DNA from: Porphyridium purpureum
Taxonomy: Eukaryota
Reading direction: 5' to 3'
Assembly (NCBI GenBank): GCA_008690995.1
Contig: VRMN01000001.1
Location: 2,728,001-2,792,000 of the forward strand
DNA length: 64,000 bases
The position numbers and the translations under genes were made by a program. The notes under the pieces were generated by a model. That model searched no databases, had not been told where the DNA came from, and was given only the letters and a program-made list of their open reading frames with translations. Of this stretch, positions 31,301-40,883 are shown piece by piece (positions within the stretch are counted from its first letter, which is position 1; each line of letters begins with the position of its first letter).

Positions 31301-31768
31301 CCACCGAGCGAAGGGTGGAGGCCTGCGCGCGACGGACAGACAAAGGACATGGCGGAGCACTGGTTTCGCCTGTGCAAAGTCCATGAAGAAGTCCGCGACA
31401 ATTTGATCGAAGCCCAGGGGAGAATGCAGAAGTTCTTCGATCGACGCAAGGATGCCCGGGAGTTTCAAGTTGGTGATCAAGTGTTGATCACGGCGCCGCA
31501 ATTGCGGCCGAACAAGAGTGATTTGGCGGCACCAAAGTTTCTTGGTCCGGTGCCTGTCATTGAGAAGGTAAGCTCGCATGCTTACCGAGTGATTTTGCCC
31601 GAGGGTGTGGCTTGTCATGATGTTTTTCCGATCCAACATCTGAAGCCATACTATGGACGCGAAGACTACATGGCAGGGGAAAATGATGAAGAAGTACCCG
31701 ACGACCTGCCAGCGTCCGATTCTGAGCCAGACTTGTTGAAAATTATCGAAGAGTCTGACTCTGAATGA
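28370..31768 (+). CDS. pol: Element B Pol (PR-RT-RNase H-INT) in the -1 frame relative to gag
   Basis: LIDSGAT, YLDD, RNase H DALSR, HHCC and DDE integrase, GPY/F-like motif; no chromodomain seen. Confidence 0.95.
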   Translation, partial: KKRGARVERFLGQSEGKEARRRYETSRGGNEDRCGGLGKPRSGCPTPCGRNSSANQPVIKELGGMGAAMLLRVRGKVHKSDGEATFLIDSGATDNFMSVDFVLKSDGLKQKASWKRDHVTLADGSVLETAGEVSNVKFELSDGYSGAANFAICRIAGQDAILGMEWLKRENPVIDWQSGMLAYGEKKAWSMTQMLVPRKELRRLLKSQEVEECYLGVLKGREEPCSVERKGDDSVKKMLKDFESLFEEPRGLPESRTVEHVIRLKDEKPVRVGRVYRLSPAELKVLRETLDDLLDKGFVQPSQSPFGAPVLFVKKKDGSMRMCVDYRALNDATVKDRYPLPNMDELLDRLGAAHCFSKLDLASGYHQLRVRREDVPKTAFQTRYGQFEFRVMPFGLCNAPATFQRAMNELFADLLDKTVIVYLDDILVFTKDRQSHGEVLKEVLSRLQKAGYRLKRKKCSFFVSEVEYLGNIVGNGCVKMDPRKVEALRDWPVPKTVTELRSFLGMTNWFRRFVKGYSTVVAPLTSLLQNAKSKKQLIELGDEGKSAFKKIVGMLTEAPVLALPDPEKPFEVYTDRSEVAVGGWLAQEGRPVAFTSRKLLDRETRYSSYEGELMAVIHCLREFRPYLYGAKFVLHTDHEALKHLMTQKELNGRQARWLDFLAEFDITIDYVKGKSNVVADALSRKPELHALEYQVRCDEFGAGFQAFVGSYSSDPDFGALMGDLPTHQGFRTEAGLLYLRNRVCVPRKFRERVMQLHHDIPTAGHRGADTTYASLITRFYWPKMKRDVSRFVKTCHACQVTKSENRSFGKLKPLSIPEGPWVDISMDFVTELPRSEGSCDAIMTVVDRYSKMALFIPTRKDLTAKRCADLFVKHVVSRFGYPKSIVSDRDPLFTSTFWQQLSKRVGMKLAMSAANHPQTDGQTERVNRVIREMLKLMATNSGWVRDLPLYEFAYNSAPSSATGFAPFKVVYGRDPWFPPSEGWRPARDGQTKDMAEHWFRLCKVHEEVRDNLIEAQGRMQKFFDRRKDAREFQVGDQVLITAPQLRPNKSDLAAPKFLGPVPVIEKVSSHAYRVILPEGVACHDVFPIQHLKPYYGREDYMAGENDEEVPDDLPASDSEPDLLKIIEESDSE

Positions 31769-31873
31769 CTTGGGAATTGTGAGAAGTTTGCTAGGCAGAG
31801 GTTTTCTCCCGGAGCGCGGGTTCCTCGAGCCAAGAATGCAACTTAGTTTGAAGTCTCGCCGAGACGTCGAGCC

Positions 31874-31887
31874 AAGAGGGGGGGAGA
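31874..31887 (+). other. Polypurine tract of element B
   Basis: AAGAGGGGGGGAGA immediately before the 3' LTR. Confidence 0.92.
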
Positions 31888-32185
31888 TGTTATCCGTTCG
31901 ACCCCAGTCACCTAGAACGGTTCGGTTAATCCGAAACCGGTAAGCCGTTAAACCGGTAGACCGTTTAACCGTTTCTAGAAGCTTCTAGAGGTTCCAGAAC
32001 CTTCTAGACGCGCGCAGAAATGCCAATGATTTGCATTGTCATTTCTCTTGGCGCCTTGCTGTCCCTGGCGGAAGTAAGGGTATAAAAAGGCGACGCGCCT
32101 GCCCGGACTAGCCGGTCAGGTCTTGCTCGGAGACAGAAGAGGTAAGAAAGAAGACGCAGAGAATAAAGGCACAGCATTGGTAACA
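31888..32185 (+). repeat. 3' LTR of element B (298 bp)
   Basis: Direct repeat of 26719-27017, with differences seen only near the poly(A)-signal region. Confidence 0.96.
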
Positions 32186-35100
32186 TTGGAACTCGTGCGG
32201 AAACTAGGATATCCTTCTATTCGCGCGGTGAGGCAAGGAATGATTAGCGGTGCGATCAAGAACTGCGATGTGACAGTACGCGACATCGATAGAAGCATCG
32301 CGCTCTGGGGACCTGCACTTCCTGCCTTGAAAGGACGTACGACGGGTCACAAAACACCTGCCGTGCCCGAAGCTCCTCTGACGATGCCGTTCAGGGACGC
32401 ACAAATGTGTTGCGATATTATGGCCGTGGACCGAAACCTGTTCTTGATTTCAGTAGTCAAACCATTTCAGTTTTTCATGGCCACGCCAATTAGGAACAAA
32501 TCAGCGGAGGACATTCACGCAGCCCTGACGAAGCAGCTGAAGACGTTGCGTGGGCACCAAGTGATCGTGAGAATGATACACTCGGATCGAGAGAGTGGCG
32601 TAAAGGCCGTGGTTGACTGGATGCATGAGAACGGGATATTGCCAGAGTTGACCGGGGCAGGGGAAGCGGTTCAAGCAGCCGAGCGCGGCATTCGACTGGT
32701 GAAAGAACGTGCGCGCGCGGTGATTAGCGGGTTGCCGTTTGTGTTGCCTCGCCTGCTCGTGCCTGCCCTTGTCGAATATTGCGTTCAGCGCATAAATGGC
32801 CTGCAGAGTAGTGTGTCCAGTGGGGCTCTTTCGGGTAGGTCCCCGAAAGAGGAGATGACGGGTCGTGTATTGGACGCGAAAAGGGACCTTGCCCTCGGGT
32901 TCGGGGACTACGTGCAAGTGCACGCCGCGCATGTGGACAATAGCATGGCAGAGCGCACAGTGGGGTGCATCGCACTACATCCCACTGAAAACTTGTCCGG
33001 GGCGTGGAACTTCTTGAATCTGAATACAGTAGCAATGACTGTGCGGCAAAGCTGGACTAGTTTGCCGACGCCTGATTTTGTACTTGATAGGCTCAACGAG
33101 CTCGCGGCGACAAGAGGGCAAGTGGAAGTCGGCATCGAGGGAAATGCGAGCGTCAGCCTGGACGAGCAACAGCAAGGGCTCCCCGCGGAGGGCGCAGGCG
33201 AAGAGGGAGAGTTGGAAGAACAGTCGGAAAACGAACTCCCAGACATGCTGGAGGGCGATTGGGAAGAGTCAATGGAAGATGGTGGGATACGGGATCCAGA
33301 GCATGCGATGAAGTCGAGCAAAGCATCTGTGACACCGGATGGTGAGGTGGCAGTTGGAGTGGCTGAGCAGAGGGACGTTCCGAGCGTCACGGACCTTCCA
33401 GCCGTGATGGAGCGGCCTGATGCAGAACACGAGACGCGAGAAGGTGGAACTCTAGAACCTAAGAATGCTTTGCAACAGAGTCCGTCCATGGATACGTTCG
33501 TGAGTGCGGACCGTCGCGAACAAAGAAATATGACGGTAGTCTCAAATGCTCAGAATGCTTTGGAGGATCAAATTGGCTGCACGCGTGAGCTCAATGAGCC
33601 TCGAGGCGAACGACCGGGGGAATTGCGCAGTGTTGCGGGTCGGACGTCCGATAAGGAAGGCATCGATGAGCCGAGAGCGCAGATAGCTGGGAAACGAACA
33701 CAAGATAACACAGGTGACGATTGGGAGCGCAACCTGCGCGCGCGCATTATGCCAGCCCCTATGCTGCACGAAACGGTTGGTGCTGGGCACGCAGAACAGC
33801 GGAGCGCGCAGGCCCCAAAAGCAAGTTTAAGCGCTCCGCAAGGCGCGGCGTTGTTTAAGTCTGAGGGGCCAACGAGCGCAGCGAGTCGGAAAGCGTCGCG
33901 CCACGGCCCCAGGCGGAGCCTGCGGCCGGGGGTACAGTTGGAGGTACAGTGCCCTACTACTGATCCCGGGACTGCCGACGCTGTGCTAAGGGGCGCTGTA
34001 ATCGATGCTCGGCTTGCTGAACTCGAGACTCGAGAGCGTCAGCTGCTGAGGGCCATAAGACTGGCCTCTATTGAGAAGCGATTGAAGGAAATCGATGCCA
34101 GGGAAGAAGAGCTGAGGCTGGAGAAACGGCTGAAGCGAAAATCTCGGGAGGCGGGGAACGATGAACACGCCGAGGACGATGCAGAAGCGACGTCGACAAA
34201 ACGCGCCAGGGCATTCGTGGTGAAGGCGGTCCGCGCGGGCATGGCGCTGAACTTATCTGTGAAGAAGGCGATCAAGAAATTCGGGTCCAAAGCAATGGAA
34301 GCAATAGTGCGCGAGGTGGCCCAGTTGGATCAGCGCTACGGGTACGGCGTTGTGGAGCCTGTCGATACCAAGACCATGACGCCACAAGAGAGAAAGTCCA
34401 TTATACCGTCACATATGTTTGTGAAGGAGAAACTGGACTCGACTGGGGCTGTGGAAAAGGTGAAGGCGCGTATTGTGGCAGGTGGCAACAAACAGGACGC
34501 CGTCCTGTACCCCGACAGATCGGCGCCCACCGCGGCCACAGATAGCGTTCTGATCTTGGCTGCCATTGCGGCGAGAGAAGGCAGATCCGTTGGGAAAATG
34601 GATTTCCCCGGCGCGTTCCTTCACGCGCCGATGCCCGCCGACGTGCCGGACACTCATATGAGAATTGATAGCTTCCTGGCTGACGTGCTAGTCCGACTGG
34701 ATCAAAAGTACGAACAGTACTTGCGAAAGGATGGGTCACTCGTTGTCAAGCTGACGAAAGCGTTGTATGGCACTTTGATCGCGGCACGACAATGGTACAT
34801 GAAAGTTGCGGGGCTGTTCGAGGATCTGGGATTCGTGGTAAATCCTTATGATGCATGTGTGTTTAATCGAGAGTCCGTGTCGATGATTCTCCACGTGGAC
34901 GATGTCATGCTATTCGGCAAGTCGGAGGCTGCGGTGAAAGGTGTCATGAAAGAAGTTAGAGACAAGTACCCCGGACTGACGTGCGAAACCGGAGTCAAGA
35001 TCGATTATCTCGGAATGCTGTTTGACTTTCGAAAAAAGGGATTCGTGACCATCAGTATGCAGGGGTATGTTGATGCGCTCATTGAGGAGAGCGGCACGAG

Positions 35101-35845
35101 AGGCACCGCCAAAACGCCAGCAGGCGCTTCTCTGTACGAAGTGCGCAGCGATGCAGTTGGTCTCGGTGCAGAGCGAGCCAGAAGGTACCACACCCTAGTC
35201 TGCAAACTTCTGTATTTGGCCAAGCGCATACGACCAGACTTGCTCACAACGGTGGCAATGTTGGTGACGAGGACGGATAAGCCGAGCGTAGATGATGAAA
35301 TGAAGCTGAGCCGCGCTCTCAAGTACCTCAACGGTACCCGCGGCCTGCATCTGACTTTGGGCGCGAGTGATGAGCTTGCAGTAATAGGAGCGGTGGACGC
35401 TTCATTCGCGGTGCATGCTGACTGCAAAAGTGTCAGCGGCACAGCAGTGACACTCGGGCGCGGGACCATATTTGCGAAAAGCGCAAAGCAGCGGCTGGTG
35501 ACCAGAAGTTCGACAGAAGCGGAACTAGTCGGAGCCAGCGAAGCGCTCGGACAAGTGTTGTGGACAGCAAACTTTCTCAAGTCGCAGGGGTACAAGGTCA
35601 AGGAAAGCGTGATTTTACAAGACAATCTGTCCACGATTGCCATGTTGCAGCGCGGAAGGTCGAATTCTGCGAGGACCAGACACGTGAATATCCGTTATTA
35701 TTTCGTGCACGACTACCTGAGGCGCGGCGAACTGAGAATAGAGCACTGTCCGTCCCAGGACCTTGTGGCAGATATACTCACGAAGCCGATCCAGGGTGAT
35801 CGTTTTGTGAGGTTAAGAGACAAGTTGTTGGGTGTCACGGAGTGA
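32186..35845 (+). CDS. Element C INT-RT-RNase H polyprotein (gag and protease absent)
   Basis: HSDRESG...AERGIR integrase, KARIVAGG, KALYG, HVDD, VDASF, HVNIRYYFV, ADILTKP; frame uninterrupted. Confidence 0.93.
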   Translation: MELVRKLGYPSIRAVRQGMISGAIKNCDVTVRDIDRSIALWGPALPALKGRTTGHKTPAVPEAPLTMPFRDAQMCCDIMAVDRNLFLISVVKPFQFFMATPIRNKSAEDIHAALTKQLKTLRGHQVIVRMIHSDRESGVKAVVDWMHENGILPELTGAGEAVQAAERGIRLVKERARAVISGLPFVLPRLLVPALVEYCVQRINGLQSSVSSGALSGRSPKEEMTGRVLDAKRDLALGFGDYVQVHAAHVDNSMAERTVGCIALHPTENLSGAWNFLNLNTVAMTVRQSWTSLPTPDFVLDRLNELAATRGQVEVGIEGNASVSLDEQQQGLPAEGAGEEGELEEQSENELPDMLEGDWEESMEDGGIRDPEHAMKSSKASVTPDGEVAVGVAEQRDVPSVTDLPAVMERPDAEHETREGGTLEPKNALQQSPSMDTFVSADRREQRNMTVVSNAQNALEDQIGCTRELNEPRGERPGELRSVAGRTSDKEGIDEPRAQIAGKRTQDNTGDDWERNLRARIMPAPMLHETVGAGHAEQRSAQAPKASLSAPQGAALFKSEGPTSAASRKASRHGPRRSLRPGVQLEVQCPTTDPGTADAVLRGAVIDARLAELETRERQLLRAIRLASIEKRLKEIDAREEELRLEKRLKRKSREAGNDEHAEDDAEATSTKRARAFVVKAVRAGMALNLSVKKAIKKFGSKAMEAIVREVAQLDQRYGYGVVEPVDTKTMTPQERKSIIPSHMFVKEKLDSTGAVEKVKARIVAGGNKQDAVLYPDRSAPTAATDSVLILAAIAAREGRSVGKMDFPGAFLHAPMPADVPDTHMRIDSFLADVLVRLDQKYEQYLRKDGSLVVKLTKALYGTLIAARQWYMKVAGLFEDLGFVVNPYDACVFNRESVSMILHVDDVMLFGKSEAAVKGVMKEVRDKYPGLTCETGVKIDYLGMLFDFRKKGFVTISMQGYVDALIEESGTRGTAKTPAGASLYEVRSDAVGLGAERARRYHTLVCKLLYLAKRIRPDLLTTVAMLVTRTDKPSVDDEMKLSRALKYLNGTRGLHLTLGASDELAVIGAVDASFAVHADCKSVSGTAVTLGRGTIFAKSAKQRLVTRSSTEAELVGASEALGQVLWTANFLKSQGYKVKESVILQDNLSTIAMLQRGRSNSARTRHVNIRYYFVHDYLRRGELRIEHCPSQDLVADILTKPIQGDRFVRLRDKLLGVTE

Positions 35846-35906
35846 CGGAAGGATCGAATGGCGTGTCGCTGCGCACAGCCATGCTCGTGCAATGAGCGAG
35901 GGAGTG

Positions 35907-36203
35907 TGTTGTGGGTTTTAGGGTTTGCCGACATGTTGTAGCACCGCAGAACATTCTAGATGCTGGTGCTGATGCACGCGTCCTGCGGCGGTAGGCGCTC
36001 CTGTGCCCGAGCAGGGAATTTGGTAGTGACGAGATTGCGGCTTTGCGGGTATAAAAGCGTGCTCTGGCGAGCGACCCGGCGGCGGCGTAATGGAGAAGAA
36101 GGGCTACGGATTTAGGGAGTGAAAAGCGTAACTTTGCACTGACGAGTATAAATTGTTTGTTTTTTCTTAGACGAACATCTCAGTAGTGACAGAAACCATA
36201 ACA
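35907..36203 (+). repeat. 3' LTR of element C (~297 bp)
   Basis: Inverted termini TGTTGTGG...CCATAACA; TATAAAA near 36050; follows the PPT. Confidence 0.8.
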
Positions 36204-36620
36204 GGGTGACCGCGATATGTTCTACGACGAAGTGGTTCCTCTGGTACAGAATGCATGGCGCTCAGCGCGGTTAACTGTACTTGAGCGTTTTCGGGCCAAC
36301 AACCACTGTACTTTGGCGCTCGCCAGGTTCCATCGTTTGCGCTTCATCTCAAAGTTGAGCTGAACGGCACATGTCGACCCGGCTCAACGCGTCGTGGGCT
36401 GTCGTGGTGGCTGGCTGGCTGGCACGTCGGTTGGCTGGCTGGCGTGCGAGAACGCAGACACGCAGAAAGGCAGCAACAAGCGCGATACTGAGGTCGCTTC
36501 GTGTGCGATTGAGACGCTGTGTCAAGAAGAGGCGACGGCGTAGCTGCTGGTTGGTGGCCGCGTACACACACACAAAGCCGGACGGCGCGCGCACCTACGG
36601 GCGGCGCTCCCAGCGCGAGC

Positions 36621-39194
36621 ATGGCATTTGTGCCGGGTTCTGGACTCACCGCGTGCGCGGCTTGCGGTTGCGGCGGGACTGCGTGGTTTCAGATTCGCGT
36701 GTCAGACTATGTGGGCTCGTGCCAGCGGTTGAACAGTAGGGGCCGGCGGCAAGGACGTCGGAGAGGAACACAATGTGCTGTGAAAATGGCCGAGGAGCCT
36801 CGTTACTCTGCAAAAGGGCTTGTCGTGAAACGAGCCAAGGAGACTGCACCATCGAAATTGAAAAAATCAGATGCGGGAACTTCGGCACAGGCAGGAGCTT
36901 CCGACAGTCGAATCTCCAAAACAGGTACCGAAGATTCATCTGGGTTGGCTGAGCAGCGCCAACAGCAAGGACGAGCGGTGCAGACTTTAACATCCTCATC
37001 GCCGGAACGAGGAACGCAGGTGCCCGCGTTTGAATTGCCACGAAACGAAAGCATTTCGCTTTTCGTGCTTGCTGCGATGGTAGGTTCAGGAACGGGCTTG
37101 ATGATAACTCTTTTCAAAAATGGCATTCACTCGGTCATGCATGTCGCGTATGGTGACTTGGTAGCCGGTGCACTGCTCCCGTACTTGCACGAGTACAATG
37201 TCATTATGATCCCGTTCCTTGGTGGTCTAGCAGTTGCCGGGATCCGCTCGCTTGTGGGATCATTCGGTGGCGGGCTCGCTGAGACTATCAAGGATAATGA
37301 ACAGGGGGTGCCAGTAAATATGAAGCGCACCGCCGCCAAGGCGTCTGCGGCTATCGTTACGCTGGGCTCCGGCTGCTCGCTCGGTCCGGAAGGGCCGGCG
37401 GTCGAGATTGGAGCATCCGTGTCGCGAATTATTAGTCAGTACTTTGAGCTTTCTCCCGAGCGCCGTCGCATCATTCTTGCATCTGGAGCCGCGGCCGGAG
37501 TTGCCGCCGGCTTCAACGCACCGATTGCAGGCGTCTTTTTTGCTCAAGAACTCGTTCTGGGTAAGCTTCAAAATGTGCTCTCTCAGCCGGGGACGGTGCC
37601 GCCTACACAGATTATCACCGTGCTTCTCCTGTCCTCGTCCATATCTGCACTGATTGCGCAGGTTGGATTGGGCTCAAACCCGGCGTTTGTGTTGCCGCAG
37701 TACGAACTGCGGAACCCCGTACTCGAACTTCCATTATACATTGGCTTGGGTCTGGTCGTGGGGATGGCAAGCTTTCTGTTCAAACAGGTCATGAAACAGG
37801 GCGTGTCCCTGTTTGACGCGGGACCTTTGGCTGCGTTCCCGAGAAGTCTCAAACCAGCACTGGGTGGGCTGGCGTGCGGTGTAGTGGCTGTGTTCTATCC
37901 TCAAATTCTATTCTTTGGGTACGACACGCTCGATGCTCTGCTTGCAGACACGGAGTTTCCGCTTGCGCTGCTTGTGGCGCTTATCTTTCTGAAGCCGGCC
38001 ATGACATCGATTTCACTTGGCTCTGGACTCGTGGGCGGCATCTTCGCACCTTCCATGTTTCTTGGTGCAACGATAGGCGCGTCCTATAATAAGATTCTGA
38101 CCGATGGGTACGATTTCGTCACACTCACTCTGTTCAAGACATTTGGTGCACAATCCGCATCTGCACTGATTGGAAGCTTTAGTATCGCCGGCCCGCCGGC
38201 ATACAGCGTGGTTGGAATGGCTGCAGCTCTTGCGGGCGTGTTTGGGGCTCCCCTGACGGGGTTCCTTCTCCTTTTCGAGCTAACCCGTGATTATCGTATT
38301 GTATTGCCTCTCATGGCAAGTGTCGGATTCTCTACGTGGGCCGTGGACCAATTTGAGCGCGGACAGGAGGAGAAGAAGAAGCGGCAGTTGCAAGAATCCA
38401 GCAGTGATGCCGTTCCTGCTTCAAAGACCAGTGTTTCTTGTGAGGATGCAGCGGGGGGCGAAGGACGCAGAACCAAAATGCCGAATGCGCAGCTCTCTTC
38501 TTCGTCTTCAGTTTCTACCTCCGGTGAAGGAAACGAACTGGAGCTCGTGGCTCAGGACCAACTGAATATCCTAGACTCTTTGCTGGTTCAGGATCATTGC
38601 AGAGTAGACATCGTTGTTCTCGATGAGATGGAAAATTTGCAAGGCGCGTTTCGCCGATTATACGAGGCGAAGCAGAGTGTGGCATTAGTCGCGCGGCGCA
38701 GTGCCGGCACGAGTATGAAAAACGCCGACGAGTCTAATCGTACTTTTGTCGAGGAATTGGAGGCCCTCGTGTGCTACGGCATTGTGACTCTGGACGACAT
38801 TTCAACTGCCTTTGCGCGCTTCCGTGCATCTACATCTGCAACTGATCGCGTTGCTGCATCTCGCACGCCGGCAAGAGACAACGGACGCGCAGGCGGCAAA
38901 GTGGATGAGAAAGTAGTCTGCGGAGAAGGGCCTGAGCTCGAATATTGCCTTGTCGTGTCTCAAAATTTCACAGATGTGCTTGTTCGAGACGTATGTACAG
39001 AGGACGTACTCTTTGTTTACAAGGATATGTCGCTCGCAAAAGCATACCAAATCATGACGTCACGCGGGATTCGGCAACTGCCAGTCGTCTCTGACGAGAG
39101 CGGGGAGGAGCTGGTGGGTCTGATTGGGTTGGATCAAATCCGAACGGCTTACCTCTTGGAGAACGCAAGGAGAAATTTTTCCGGTGATATTTGA
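36621..39194 (+). CDS. CLC chloride channel/antiporter with CBS domains, probably plastid-targeted (CLC-e/f-like)
   Basis: GPEGP, AAGFNAPIAG and GGIFAP motifs; C-terminal CBS; MAFV transit-peptide start. Confidence 0.93.
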   Translation: MAFVPGSGLTACAACGCGGTAWFQIRVSDYVGSCQRLNSRGRRQGRRRGTQCAVKMAEEPRYSAKGLVVKRAKETAPSKLKKSDAGTSAQAGASDSRISKTGTEDSSGLAEQRQQQGRAVQTLTSSSPERGTQVPAFELPRNESISLFVLAAMVGSGTGLMITLFKNGIHSVMHVAYGDLVAGALLPYLHEYNVIMIPFLGGLAVAGIRSLVGSFGGGLAETIKDNEQGVPVNMKRTAAKASAAIVTLGSGCSLGPEGPAVEIGASVSRIISQYFELSPERRRIILASGAAAGVAAGFNAPIAGVFFAQELVLGKLQNVLSQPGTVPPTQIITVLLLSSSISALIAQVGLGSNPAFVLPQYELRNPVLELPLYIGLGLVVGMASFLFKQVMKQGVSLFDAGPLAAFPRSLKPALGGLACGVVAVFYPQILFFGYDTLDALLADTEFPLALLVALIFLKPAMTSISLGSGLVGGIFAPSMFLGATIGASYNKILTDGYDFVTLTLFKTFGAQSASALIGSFSIAGPPAYSVVGMAAALAGVFGAPLTGFLLLFELTRDYRIVLPLMASVGFSTWAVDQFERGQEEKKKRQLQESSSDAVPASKTSVSCEDAAGGEGRRTKMPNAQLSSSSSVSTSGEGNELELVAQDQLNILDSLLVQDHCRVDIVVLDEMENLQGAFRRLYEAKQSVALVARRSAGTSMKNADESNRTFVEELEALVCYGIVTLDDISTAFARFRASTSATDRVAASRTPARDNGRAGGKVDEKVVCGEGPELEYCLVVSQNFTDVLVRDVCTEDVLFVYKDMSLAKAYQIMTSRGIRQLPVVSDESGEELVGLIGLDQIRTAYLLENARRNFSGDI

Positions 39195-39370
39195 TTAGAC
39201 AAGCTCCGCCGGGACACAACATTTGTGCGTGCAAGAATGAATAACGGTCGCGAAGCAAGAAGGTCGCAACAGCTGGGTTGTATCATAATCAAAAAACAGC
39301 GGCGGGTCCCATTCAAAGATCAAGGGTCAAAGCGGTTTCAAGGACGAGACGCAAACGAAAGATCATGAAC

Positions 39371-40735
39371 TTATATGCATGCAAAGAGATCACGAGGATC
39401 CAACTCAACAAGCCGAGGGTCCGACAAAGAAACGCCAGGATGACTGTCCTGGCCGAACGCACTTTCTTGAATAAACCAATGGCTCGGATCCACCAGGCTC
39501 TTGTCCACAACCACACCATATACGTGCTCGCGAAACCATGCCTCGGACATTGTAACATATCCACTGTCACCACAATCTGGACCCCAGCTGTTTTCCACAC
39601 GAAAGAAGCCATCTCCGTATCCAGAAAATACCATGTTGTGGCTTGACACAGCAAGACCAAGCTCGATCCGTTCCTTCCGACTGAGACGTTTTGAAAGGCC
39701 CACGCAAGAGAGAATGTCCAAATCCTGCAGACCGGTGGAACGATCAAAGTCTCCTGCTGAGTCCACATCACAACCGAACCACACGGGCTCACGGAGTTCT
39801 TGAATAGACCTCTTCACCGCTGTTTGCATCGTGTCCATATCGACATTAATCCAAGCGAGCATCGTCCGTGGAGAACAAGAATCGAACTTCTTCAGACATG
39901 CAGAGTTTTTGCCGTGCTTGACGGTCATGACGCTACCTTTCGGCAAGGCCGGATTACATGCCAGTCCAACTTTTTGTTCTAGATTGTAGAAGGGTTCCAC
40001 ATGCGTGCGAAAATACTCGAGCGGCGTCATGTCAATATCCCCAATTCTGACTGTACGCAGCGGCATGCCCAGAAAAGACGCGAGCAAGGCTCTAATCTGC
40101 TCCAATTTCTCGTCCAAGGCGTCATGTACAGCGCGCGAATCCCTGCCATTCTCATTCACGATGCGCTGCAGCTCGACACCCATTTCTACAGTCACACGAT
40201 TGAGCACAGCACACAACTGCCTTGAGTTTGAATGATGGTACGTGTCTGGCGCCACTCTCTTTGGTACCACACCGTACTTAAGCACAAGCGCGCGGAAGAC
40301 ATGCCAGTCGCTTCCATCTCTTGCTGGTCCAACGCGGAACAGATATTTCATCAAGTCATCGTTTTCGGCCTGCCCGGCTAGTTCGATTACATCCATCAAG
40401 AACGCTTGCATCTTCTCGAACTTTTCGTAAAACACCAAAAAGCTTTGGCTGAGCTCAAAGCCACTTTCTTGGTCACTATCTGTGTCCCACTTCATCTGAC
40501 GACGCAACACAGTCAGGCCTGCAAACATCCAACAGCGGCCAGATTGGAGCTGTGCGCCGACCGGAATCTCCTCGAGCATGGTTGCACTGGGAGCAGGGCA
40601 AGCCGCCGCGGCATCCCGCAGGGGTTGTGCTTTGCTTGCATCCAGAGGGACAGCTCCGTCTATCCATGCTGAAGCCGCCATTGGAAGTGCAACTCGTTCA
40701 GGAACCTTCGAAAGCCTGTCGGCTAACTTGGGCAT
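39371..40735 (-). CDS. Bleomycin hydrolase / aminopeptidase C (peptidase C1B)
   Basis: QLQSGRCWMFA, PVWFGCDV, SHNM and VENSWG catalytic motifs. Confidence 0.92.
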   Translation of the reverse strand: MPKLADRLSKVPERVALPMAASAWIDGAVPLDASKAQPLRDAAAACPAPSATMLEEIPVGAQLQSGRCWMFAGLTVLRRQMKWDTDSDQESGFELSQSFLVFYEKFEKMQAFLMDVIELAGQAENDDLMKYLFRVGPARDGSDWHVFRALVLKYGVVPKRVAPDTYHHSNSRQLCAVLNRVTVEMGVELQRIVNENGRDSRAVHDALDEKLEQIRALLASFLGMPLRTVRIGDIDMTPLEYFRTHVEPFYNLEQKVGLACNPALPKGSVMTVKHGKNSACLKKFDSCSPRTMLAWINVDMDTMQTAVKRSIQELREPVWFGCDVDSAGDFDRSTGLQDLDILSCVGLSKRLSRKERIELGLAVSSHNMVFSGYGDGFFRVENSWGPDCGDSGYVTMSEAWFREHVYGVVVDKSLVDPSHWFIQESAFGQDSHPGVSLSDPRLVELDPRDLFACI

Positions 40736-40883
40736 TTGATTCGAGCTGGCCCATGCGTCGCGAGGATCGTCTCGTACAGGTTTCTTTTTTCTTTTTTATT
40801 TGGGCTTATCCAACGGGAGTGCTTAGAAGCACAGCCTTCAAAATGAGAAGGTTTCGAGTCCCACATGGACACGTGCGGCGCGG

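Larger units (their letters stand above)
26719..32185 (+). mobile_element. Element B: full-length Ty3/gypsy LTR retrotransposon
   Basis: Two near-identical TG...CA LTRs, PBS, gag, pol (PR-RT-RH-INT order) and PPT. Confidence 0.97.
32186..36203 (+). mobile_element. Element C: 5'-truncated Ty1/copia LTR retrotransposon
   Basis: Begins in the integrase N-terminal region exactly at the end of the B LTR; PPT GAGCGAGGGAG at 35894-35904; 3' LTR present. Confidence 0.92.

Noticed and set aside
32189..32193. GAACT right of element B is the reverse complement of the left flank AGTTC
   Set aside because: It is offset 3 bp from the LTR end and inverted, so it is not a valid TSD and is likely chance
34891..34903. 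HVDD instead of YVDD in the element C reverse transcriptase
   Set aside because: A known tolerated variant in copia RTs; both catalytic aspartates are intact
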